A stretch of DNA of 64,000 bases from NCBI GenBank assembly GCA_963724515.1, contig CAVRUU010000002.1, forward strand, positions 2,942 through 66,941, read 5' to 3'. Below, one piece after another: positions 54,458 to 64,000 of the stretch. The notes under the pieces are model-generated. The model was given only the letters and a program-made list of their open reading frames with translations. It was not told the origin of the DNA and ran no database searches. A program made the translations under genes and the position numbers. This DNA is from Candidatus Eiseniibacteriota bacterium (lineage in GTDB: Bacteria; Eisenbacteria; RBG-16-71-46; SZUA-252). The first letter of the stretch is position 1; each line of letters begins with the position of its first letter.

Positions 54458-55749
54458 CGGGCGGAGTCCACGAGCTCCCGCCGCTCGAGAAGCCAGCGTT
54501 TGAGAACATCGGCCGAGGGCTGCCGCGGCTCGTCCTTCCCGGCCGCCATGTCCCTCACCGCGTAGCCTCCATCCCCCATCGGGACGAAGACGGCCCACCG
54601 CGCGCCGACCTTGGAAGCCCACTTCATCTGCGAATTGGCGCTCCGGCCGAGGACGTCCACCACGGCGCGCAGCGACAGGCGCCCCTCCGGCGCCTCCGAC
54701 CGGCCCCGGAGCGCGTTCGCGAGCACCTGAGCTTCGATCCCGGCGCCGGGCTCGAGCGCGATCACGCAGACGTCGGGCTTCGAAGGCTGAGGGGCCGCCT
54801 CCTCGCCCGCGGCGAGGAGCAGACGCTCCATTCCGATCGAGAATCCGATCGCGGGCGTGTCGGGTCCGCCGAAATCCTTCACGAGCTTGTCGTAGCGGCC
54901 GCCTCCTCCCACCGCGTTCTGCGCCCCGAGGCCCGCCGCGTGGATCTCGAACACCGTGCGCGTGTAGTAGTCCAGCCCGCGCACGAGCCTGGGCGCCACC
55001 TCGAACGGAATGCCGAGCCCCGTGAGCGAACGCTTCACCGCCTCGAAGTGCTCCGCGCACTCCGGGCAGAGCGAATCGAGCACGCTCGGGGCTCCGGCGA
55101 TCACGGGGGCGCAGGAGGGCACCTTGCAGTCCAGGATGCGCAGGGGGTTCGTCTCGAGCCGTTCCACGCAATCGCCGCAGAGCTTGTCCTCGTGCTGCTT
55201 GAAGTACGCGTGGATCGCCTCGCGGTACCGGGGCCGGCACGCCGCGTCGCCGAGGGAGTTCAGGAGCACGGTCGTGTCGCGCAGACCCACGTCCCCCAGG
55301 ATTGCCCGGAATAGATCGACCATCTCGGCGTCCGCCTCGGGCCGTGCCGAGCCAAGAAGCTCCGCGCCGATCTGCCAGAACTGGCGGTAGCGCCCCGCCT
55401 GCGGGCGCTCGTAGCGGAACATCGGTCCCATGTAGTAGAGGCGGGTGGGCGATTCCGCGCGGAGGGGCGGATTCTCGAGATACGCGCGCACGATCGGTGC
55501 CGTGCCCTCTGGCCGAAGGGTGAGCGAGCGGCCCTTCCGATCCTGGAAGGTGTAGAGCTCCTTCCGCACGATGTCGGTCGACTCGCCGACGCTGCGCACG
55601 AAAAGATCGGTAGCCTCGAACATCGGCGTGCGCACCTCGCGGTAACCATAGAGCGCCATCACTCCCCGCGTGCGCTCCTCGAGCCATTGCCAGCGCTCGA
55701 CCTCGCCGGGCAGGATGTCGCGCGTGCCCCGCGGAACCTGGTAGCTCAC
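54454..55749 (-). CDS. hisS: Histidine--tRNA ligase
   Basis: The GTG start at 55749 overlaps the upstream stop (GTGA), giving 431 aa. Motifs: PRGTRDILP, YREVRTPMFE, LTLRPEGTAP, FRYERPQAGRYRQFWQ, GGGRYD. Confidence 0.95.
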   Translation of the reverse strand: MSYQVPRGTRDILPGEVERWQWLEERTRGVMALYGYREVRTPMFEATDLFVRSVGESTDIVRKELYTFQDRKGRSLTLRPEGTAPIVRAYLENPPLRAESPTRLYYMGPMFRYERPQAGRYRQFWQIGAELLGSARPEADAEMVDLFRAILGDVGLRDTTVLLNSLGDAACRPRYREAIHAYFKQHEDKLCGDCVERLETNPLRILDCKVPSCAPVIAGAPSVLDSLCPECAEHFEAVKRSLTGLGIPFEVAPRLVRGLDYYTRTVFEIHAAGLGAQNAVGGGGRYDKLVKDFGGPDTPAIGFSIGMERLLLAAGEEAAPQPSKPDVCVIALEPGAGIEAQVLANALRGRSEAPEGRLSLRAVVDVLGRSANSQMKWASKVGARWAVFVPMGDGGYAVRDMAAGKDEPRQPSADVLKRWLLERRELVDSAR

Positions 55750-56135
55750 GGCTTCCCCTTCTCGGCCGCCGCCCCCGACTCGGGATCGCGCCGGCGTCGG
55801 ATCGGGTGGATCCGGATGTACTGCGTGAACAGGACCGCGAGTGTGACCGCGGCCACGTCCATGGCCCAATCGCGCACGTCGCTGACCCTCCCCGGGGTGA
55901 GTCGCTGGTAGAGCTCGTCCATGCCGCCCACGAGCCCGCCGAAGACGACGGTCGCGAGCGACCAGAACTTACCGCGCTGTCCCCCGATCGTGAAGCGGAA
56001 CGCGCGGCCGAGAAGGAGGCCGAAGAGCGCGTATTCGGCCAGGTGCTCGAGCTTGTCCGAATAGGGAAAGAGGGTCGGGATGTCGCGGCCGGGGATCGAG
56101 GACACGCCGAAGATCATCGTGACGTACAGAATCAC
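55746..56135 (-). CDS. VanZ-like family membrane protein
   Basis: 129 aa from the GTG at 56135. It has the IFGVSSIPG...DKLEHLAEYALFG pattern. The frame stays open upstream (…ALFLWYWLPV) with no canonical start codon, so the N-terminus may be longer. Confidence 0.7.
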   Translation of the reverse strand: MILYVTMIFGVSSIPGRDIPTLFPYSDKLEHLAEYALFGLLLGRAFRFTIGGQRGKFWSLATVVFGGLVGGMDELYQRLTPGRVSDVRDWAMDVAAVTLAVLFTQYIRIHPIRRRRDPESGAAAEKGKP

Positions 56136-56239
56136 GGGCAGCCAGTACCAGAGAAAGAGCGCGGTGCGGCTCCCCCCTCTGCCTGGTTCATGCGGACACG
56201 CGGGAGATCCGCGCTCGTGGCGGACCTCCCGCGCCGGAT

Positions 56240-57586
56240 CTACGGCCGGTCAATCCGGCTCACGCTCCAGATATTCACTCCGCGCCGCTCGGTATTGTAG
56301 AAGCCGTTCGCGCCGTACCCGTCGGCCCGATTCGACATGAAGAAAACCGTGGAGTCGTTGGAGAAGCGCGGATGGTACTCGTCGGCGGGCCCGTAGGTCA
56401 CGCGCACGGCCGCCGCCGGATCCGAGGCGCCCGCGTTGATGATCCAGATGTCGCGATCGACCCGGCCCGGTGACGGTTTGGCGAACACGATGTGCAGCCC
56501 GTTCGGAGACCAGTCCGGCTCCGAGGCCGCGGGATCGCTGAGCCACACGGAAAACGGTTCGGGGTTGGTCGGGGGATTGATCGGAGGAGTTCCGACCGCC
56601 AGGAACTTGTAGAAACCCCGGCGAGTCTGGAAAGACGACCCGAAGGAGGAAAATGACTCCACCACGACCGAATCTCCGGTCCAGGCAGGGTTCCAATAGG
56701 TATTCACGACTTCCGGGCTTCCCGACACCGTCGTCGTCGACATGATCGGGACCGGTTGCACGTTCAGGTTCGCAGCGTCACGCGACCAGAGTTTCGGCCG
56801 GGAGAAGTTGAAGGTGGTCGTGTCGCTCGAGTAAGCCAGGGTCGAGCCCGAGCGCGCGAATCGCGGCGGTCCGATGAGATGATTCGTGTTCGAGCCGAAG
56901 CGGACGAGGCCCGTCGCGTCCGTCGTGTCCCCGCCCGTCGCCGATGGGACCTGCCAGATGGAAGCGCCGCCATCGTTCGAGTGCACCTTGCCGAGAAAGG
57001 CTACTTGCGAGCCGTCCGACTGCACCGTTGGCGCGGTCGCCTGCCAGAAATGCCGTGTGATCTGCTGCGGCGAACCCATCGGCGCGTCAAGCGCCCACAC
57101 GTCCGATTCCCCCGTCGCGGAGTTGCGGATCTCCGTGTAGTAAATCCTTCCCCCCGTCGGCGGAACGACGTCGGACTCGACGGCGATGGTCCGCGTCCAG
57201 CGGACGAACTCGTTATCGACGTAAAGCTGGAATGTCCGCGTCTTGAAGAAGTCCACGTTGTTGTCGGGATCGTGGGCCACGATCGAGACGGTGACCGGAT
57301 AGATCCCGATCGAAGGCGGGGCGGTCCAGTGGACCGTCGCGGAAGTGGAATCGGTCAGCGTGCCCGCGGGCGCGCTCCAGTGGTATTGAATCGGGTACCC
57401 TCGCGGATTCGACACCTGGGCGGTGAGCACGTTGACGTCCCCACGCACGGGGGGCTCGCGATCCGCGCTCACGTTCACGATCACGGGAGTGTAGGCGCCC
57501 TCCACGTTGAGCGTCTTGTTCTTCGAGCAGCCGGAAAGGACCAAGAGCACAAGGGTCCCCACCCGGAGCCCACGTTGGAAATTCAT
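56240..57586 (-). CDS. Lipoprotein with an Ig-like N-domain and a TolB-like (PD40) beta-propeller
   Basis: Trimmed to the ATG at 57586, 448 aa. Lipobox: LVLLVLSG-C. PD40-type motifs: PDWSPNGLHIVF, YHPRFSNDSTVFFMSNR. Confidence 0.8.
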   Translation of the reverse strand: MNFQRGLRVGTLVLLVLSGCSKNKTLNVEGAYTPVIVNVSADREPPVRGDVNVLTAQVSNPRGYPIQYHWSAPAGTLTDSTSATVHWTAPPSIGIYPVTVSIVAHDPDNNVDFFKTRTFQLYVDNEFVRWTRTIAVESDVVPPTGGRIYYTEIRNSATGESDVWALDAPMGSPQQITRHFWQATAPTVQSDGSQVAFLGKVHSNDGGASIWQVPSATGGDTTDATGLVRFGSNTNHLIGPPRFARSGSTLAYSSDTTTFNFSRPKLWSRDAANLNVQPVPIMSTTTVSGSPEVVNTYWNPAWTGDSVVVESFSSFGSSFQTRRGFYKFLAVGTPPINPPTNPEPFSVWLSDPAASEPDWSPNGLHIVFAKPSPGRVDRDIWIINAGASDPAAAVRVTYGPADEYHPRFSNDSTVFFMSNRADGYGANGFYNTERRGVNIWSVSRIDRP

Positions 57587-57658
57587 GGAAGGGAAATGCT
57601 CCTTTCTGGGGGACACGGCAGTGTGTCTTGGAACCCTATCAGGAGCGGGGGGCTTCCG

Positions 57659-58156
57659 TCAACCCGGCGGCTGGGGGGAGTATGGCTCCGCGCGGAGGTG
57701 CTGCGCCTCCGCTTCGCGCAGGGTGGCGAGGAACCCGGCCGGGGTCTCGCTCGATCGAAGGGAATCCCGGACCGATTCTTCTTTTAGGAGGCGCGAGACG
57801 TTGGCCAGCGCCTTCACGTGGGGACCCCGGAGGCTCTCGGGGGAGACGAGCAGGATGAAGAGCGTGGCGGGCTCCCCGTCCATCGAATCGAAATCGATCC
57901 CGGGATTCGAGACGCCGCACGCGGCCACGAGCTGGTCCAGGAGCCTCGTCTTGCCGTGGGGGATCGCGACGCCGTTTCCGATCCCGGTCGACATCATGGA
58001 CTCGCGCTGGAGGACCTTGCTCAGAATCTCCCCCTTCGTGTCCACGCGGTGCGCGGACTCGAGGAGCTGCACCAGCTCTTTGATGGAGGATTCCTTGTCG
58101 CGGGCCTTGAGCGAAAGCGTGATCGCGTCTTCGTTCAGCAATTCGGACAGTTGCAT
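57659..58156 (-). CDS. ptsN: PTS EIIA-2 domain protein (nitrogen-regulatory PtsN-like)
   Basis: 165 aa. Motifs: RESMMSTGIGNGVAIPHGK (active-site His) and ATLFILLVSPE. Confidence 0.85.
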   Translation of the reverse strand: MQLSELLNEDAITLSLKARDKESSIKELVQLLESAHRVDTKGEILSKVLQRESMMSTGIGNGVAIPHGKTRLLDQLVAACGVSNPGIDFDSMDGEPATLFILLVSPESLRGPHVKALANVSRLLKEESVRDSLRSSETPAGFLATLREAEAQHLRAEPYSPQPPG

Positions 58157-58255
58157 CGGCTCTCCGGCTGGTCCGAGGCAATCTCGGCGGGATCGGGCGG
58201 GCGTGACCTCACGCTAAGCGCGTGCCGCCACGCTACCTGCGTCCGCAACGGAGCG

Positions 58256-60871
<2,616 letters not shown>

Positions 60872-60936
60872 TCGGCGAGTATAGACCCACGCCGGCCTTG
60901 ATCATGTAGCAGTTCGACGCATAGAGTCGTGAGCCT

Positions 60937-61680
60937 ATGACCCACGCCCCTTCCTACCAGCAACCCGATCTCGTCGACGTCTGGGACAAGGTTTCCGAGC
61001 GCTACCGGAGCATCGACCTCGAAGCCCCCGACCATCGGGCCGCCATGGCGCGCTTCCTGGAGCTGGTCGGCCCGCCGGCCGGGCGCTCCTTCTGCGAGGT
61101 GGGATCCGGATCAGGCACGACCAGCGGGGCGCTTGCGGGCATGGGCGCGAAGGTCACCCTCGTGGACATCTCGCCGAAGTCGTTGGCGTTCGCGCGGCGG
61201 CACTTCGAGGGGAAAGGGCTTCGCGCGGCCTACGCGATCCAGGACGGCCTTCGGCTCGGATTTCGCGACGGGTCTTTCGACGTGGTCTGGAACGGGGGCG
61301 TCATCGAGCACTTCACCGACGACGGCAAGATCGCCCTGATCCGGGAAATGTATCGGGTCACGCGCCCGGGCGGGCTCCTGCTCATCGTGGTCCCGAACGC
61401 GATCGGCCTGCCGTTTCGCCTCGGGAAGTGGATCGCGGAGCGACGCGGGAAATGGATCTTCGGCTTCGAGGACGATCTATCGGAGAGCCGCTTCAGGAAG
61501 CTCGCGGCGCGGGCCGGGCTTTCGAAGGTGGAGTTCTCGGCGCACAATCCGATCGTCGGGTGGTGGTTCTTGCCCTACGGACGGTGGCTGACCGACCGGC
61601 TGGGGCTCAACACTCCGCGGTGGCACGCGAAGCGGACGCGCTTCGGGCACGCGCTGGCCCTCGCGGCGAGGAAGCCCTAG
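60937..61680 (+). CDS. Class I SAM-dependent methyltransferase
   Basis: 247 aa. Motif I: CEVGSGSGTTSGALA. Also VTLVDISP, FDVVWNGGVIEHF and LKPGGLL-like RPGGLLLIVVPN. Confidence 0.88.
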   Translation: MTHAPSYQQPDLVDVWDKVSERYRSIDLEAPDHRAAMARFLELVGPPAGRSFCEVGSGSGTTSGALAGMGAKVTLVDISPKSLAFARRHFEGKGLRAAYAIQDGLRLGFRDGSFDVVWNGGVIEHFTDDGKIALIREMYRVTRPGGLLLIVVPNAIGLPFRLGKWIAERRGKWIFGFEDDLSESRFRKLAARAGLSKVEFSAHNPIVGWWFLPYGRWLTDRLGLNTPRWHAKRTRFGHALALAARKP

Positions 61681-61737
61681 CGGCTCCGCTTCGGGGTCCG
61701 GGTCGGCTGTGCGTGCCGGCGGGAGTGCCGGCTGGCC

Positions 61738-62535
61738 CTAGGGCCCGCCACTTTTCTGGGCGAGGCGCTCGCGCGCCATGCGCGCCTCCTCGCTCTTCGG
61801 GTAGCGCTGGATCACGAGCTGGAAATACCTCTTCGCGGCGGGGGCGTCGTCGATCCTCCCCGATGCGATTCCCGCCTTCAGGAGCGCCGCCGCGTGCTTG
61901 TCCCCTTTCGGGTAGTTCTCAACGACCTTCCGGTACGCCTCGATCGCCCCGCTGAAATCCCCCGTGTTGTAGGCGCACTCGCCGATCAGGAACTGGGCAT
62001 TGTCGGAGACCCCGGTGTCCGGATACCGGCGCAGGTACTCGCTGAACGCCTGTCTCGCGAGGGAGTAGCGGCCCGCGGAGTAGTCCGAGAGCGCGGCCTG
62101 ATAGGCCTCCTCGGGATCCAGGAACATGGTCGAATCCCGCGTGCGGCCGGTGGCGCGCGCGCTGTCCGCGGCGACCATTCTCTGCTTCACCCCTTCGACC
62201 CTCTGCGCGACCTGGGTCAGGCGCGCGCCCGATTCCTCGAGCTTTCCCTGGAGCATGTCCATCCGCTGGCCCAGCTCGGTCAGGCGCGAGTCGGAGCTGG
62301 CGCGGGTTGCCTGGACGTTTTCCCTCGTGCTCGAAACCTCGCGCTCCAGCGCCGTGAGACGTTTGTTCACCTGGGCGTTCACGGCCAGGAGGCTGTCGAG
62401 CGAGCTGCTCGTGGACCGGTAATAGCCCGACGGCGCGCATCCTGCCGCCGCGAGGGCGAACGCGGCGGCGCCGAGGACCGCGGCCCGCATGGCGGGCCGA
62501 AGTGCCTTACGCGGGAAGGCCCGCGGTCCCTTCAT
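61738..62535 (-). CDS. cpoB: Tol-Pal system protein CpoB/YbgF (coiled coil plus TPR)
   Basis: 265 aa with a lipoprotein-type signal (FALAAAG-C), an N-terminal coiled coil and C-terminal TPRs (YQAALSDYSAGRYSLARQAFSEYLRRYP, AQFLIGECAY). The ATG overlaps the pal stop (ATGA). Confidence 0.85.
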   Translation of the reverse strand: MKGPRAFPRKALRPAMRAAVLGAAAFALAAAGCAPSGYYRSTSSSLDSLLAVNAQVNKRLTALEREVSSTRENVQATRASSDSRLTELGQRMDMLQGKLEESGARLTQVAQRVEGVKQRMVAADSARATGRTRDSTMFLDPEEAYQAALSDYSAGRYSLARQAFSEYLRRYPDTGVSDNAQFLIGECAYNTGDFSGAIEAYRKVVENYPKGDKHAAALLKAGIASGRIDDAPAAKRYFQLVIQRYPKSEEARMARERLAQKSGGP

Positions 62536-63059
62536 TTCGATACGACGTGGGCCCGGCGATTCTTGGCCCAGGCGTCTTCGCTGTGCCCAGGATCGAATGG
62601 ACGCTCCTTGCCGTAGGAGATCGTCGTGAGACGGTTGTTCGGAATGCCGTAGCTCACCAGATAATCCTTGGCCGCGCGCGCGCGCTTCTCGCCGAGCGCC
62701 AGGTTGTATTCGACCGATCCACGTTCGTCGCAGTGCCCCTCGATCACGACCCTCGCGCCGGTATTCTTCTGGAGATACTTCCCGTCATTCTCGAGAGCGG
62801 ACTTGGCGTCCTGGCGAAGGGCGAAATCGTCGAAATCAAAAAACGCGTCCTCGAGCGAGAGCCTGTCGGTCGTCGTTTCGGTGCTCGGCTTTTCGGTCTC
62901 CTCCGTGGCGGGCGGGGCGGGAACGGTCGTCTCTGTCGTTGGCTCGGGGATGTTCGCTTCCGGGGTGACTTTCTTTCTGCTGGAGCACCCCGGTGCAAGG
63001 GCGAGCACGATAGCCAGCCCGATTAACGTAGCGGAAGCGATCCGTGGCGTTAGTCGCAT
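62532..63059 (-). CDS. pal: Peptidoglycan-associated lipoprotein Pal (OmpA family)
   Basis: Trimmed to the ATG at 63059 (GGGAG RBS 9 nt upstream), 175 aa. Lipobox: LALAPG-C. OmpA-like core: FDFDDFALRQDA...IEGHCDERGSVEYNLALGEKRA...SYGKERP. Confidence 0.93.
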   Translation of the reverse strand: MRLTPRIASATLIGLAIVLALAPGCSSRKKVTPEANIPEPTTETTVPAPPATEETEKPSTETTTDRLSLEDAFFDFDDFALRQDAKSALENDGKYLQKNTGARVVIEGHCDERGSVEYNLALGEKRARAAKDYLVSYGIPNNRLTTISYGKERPFDPGHSEDAWAKNRRAHVVSK

Positions 63060-63184
63060 AGCGGTGTCTCCCATCCGGTTCAGGTAATTGGACCACAACA
63101 ACTTCCGTAGTTTTCGCAACCTAGCACAGCCCACCTTGAAGCGTCAACCCTACCCCTCCTTATCGGCCTCTTCTCGCCAATTTC

Positions 63185-64000
63185 TTACCCCCCGGAGCCG
63201 GTTCGGGCGCCGCCCTTCGACGATTCCCCCTTGCCGGCGAGCCGGCTCTTCGGCCTCGGTCCCCACGAGGGGTTGAAGCAATCCCCGTCGCTCGTGAGCC
63301 GCACCACGTCGCTCCCGTCGGAGCTCATCATGAAGATCTGGCGCTTTCCCTCCCGGCTCGAGCTGAAGACGATCTTCCGGCCGTCCGCGGACCAGTGCGG
63401 GTTCTCGTTGTGCCCCGAGCCGGACGTGATCTGGACCGGATTGCTCCCGTTCGCGTCCATGACGATCACGTCGAAGATCCCGTCGTGGCGCCCCGCGTAG
63501 CAGATCTTGTCTCCCTTGGGGGACCACTGCGGTGAGTCGTTGTAGCTGCCCTCGATCGTGAGGAGCCGCTGGTTCAGTCCGTCCACGTCCATCACGAATA
63601 CTTGTGGCGAGCCGGTGCGGTTCGACGTGAATACCACCTCGTGCCCTCCCGGGCTGAACGAGGGGGAGGTGTCGATGACGGTGTTGCGGGTGAGGCGCTT
63701 CGCGGTCTGGGCGTCGCGGCTGATGAGGTAGACCTCCGCGTTCCCGTCGCGGGAGAGCGTGCACGCGACCCATTTCCCATCCGGCGAATAGTCGGGCGCC
63801 GTATTGAGGCCCGGCCGCGTCGAGAAGGGGTACGAAGCGCCGCGAGTGAGATCGAAGAGGTAGAGATCCGGGTTCCCGCGCTTGAAGGTGGTGAACGCGA
63901 TCTCGCTTCCCCACGGCGCCCACGTCGGGGAAAGCGCCAGGCTCCGGTCGTGCGTGACCTGGCGACCGTTTTCCCCGTCGTAGTCCATGACCCAGACTTC
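63185..64000 (-). CDS. tolB: Tol-Pal system beta-propeller protein TolB (5' end beyond the window)
   Basis: PD40 repeats: PTWAPWGSEIAF, PDYSPDGKWVAC, PSFSPGGHEVVFTSNRTG, PQWSPKGDKICY, PHWSADGRKIVFSS. The frame stays open to the window edge. Confidence 0.93.
   Translation of the reverse strand, partial: EVWVMDYDGENGRQVTHDRSLALSPTWAPWGSEIAFTTFKRGNPDLYLFDLTRGASYPFSTRPGLNTAPDYSPDGKWVACTLSRDGNAEVYLISRDAQTAKRLTRNTVIDTSPSFSPGGHEVVFTSNRTGSPQVFVMDVDGLNQRLLTIEGSYNDSPQWSPKGDKICYAGRHDGIFDVIVMDANGSNPVQITSGSGHNENPHWSADGRKIVFSSSREGKRQIFMMSSDGSDVVRLTSDGDCFNPSWGPRPKSRLAGKGESSKGGARTGSGG

Noticed and set aside
52614-55869. 631-aa and 1006-aa ORFs, and an N-terminally extended hisS ORF
   Set aside because: 52614..54509 is an alternative frame of aspS. 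The 1006-aa ORF is aspS plus an out-of-frame read through hisS. The hisS extension precedes the conserved (M)SYQVPRGTRD start, which is coupled by GTGA.

Overview
This is a high-GC bacterial contig, about 70% GC in the housekeeping lines I hand-counted. Nearly all genes sit on the minus strand. It is diderm: tolB-pal-cpoB is present, along with many lipoproteins and beta-barrel-like proteins. I saw no rRNA, tRNA, CRISPR array or intact mobile element.

Roughly 44-64 kb is ordinary housekeeping: glyQS, recO, ybeY, a 7TM-HD hydrolase, phoH, aspS, hisS, ptsN, clpB and tol-pal. Several apparent 1-nt indels disrupt genes in the 44-48 kb stretch.

The remainder is accessory and cell-envelope oriented. 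Five proteins end in the same ~80-aa NPFNP/FlgD-Ig/T9SS-like C-terminal domain (CTD), and a sixth has a degenerate version.

- **5.8-22.2 kb cluster:** a 2103-aa Ig-repeat adhesin is translationally coupled to a PorV-like barrel fused to TPRs. These are followed by an RsbW-kinase/HAMP/PP2C fusion and a STAS partner, both carrying transposase-type HTH tails, with no sigma factor nearby. A VWA membrane protein, a tandem lamin-tail-domain protein and a small barrel complete the cluster.
- **35.2-43.4 kb locus:** a 1209-aa CTD protein sits behind a consensus sigma70 promoter and a ~440-nt AT-rich leader that contains a small upstream ORF (uORF) and a tandem repeat. Two paralogous lipoproteins and a DinB gene follow.
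- **34.45-34.64 kb:** an orphan groEL 3' fragment marks a rearrangement or assembly junction.

Many long Arg/Pro/Gly-rich ORFs in the track are antisense or alternative-frame shadows typical of high-GC DNA. The track also prints M for GTG and TTG starts.
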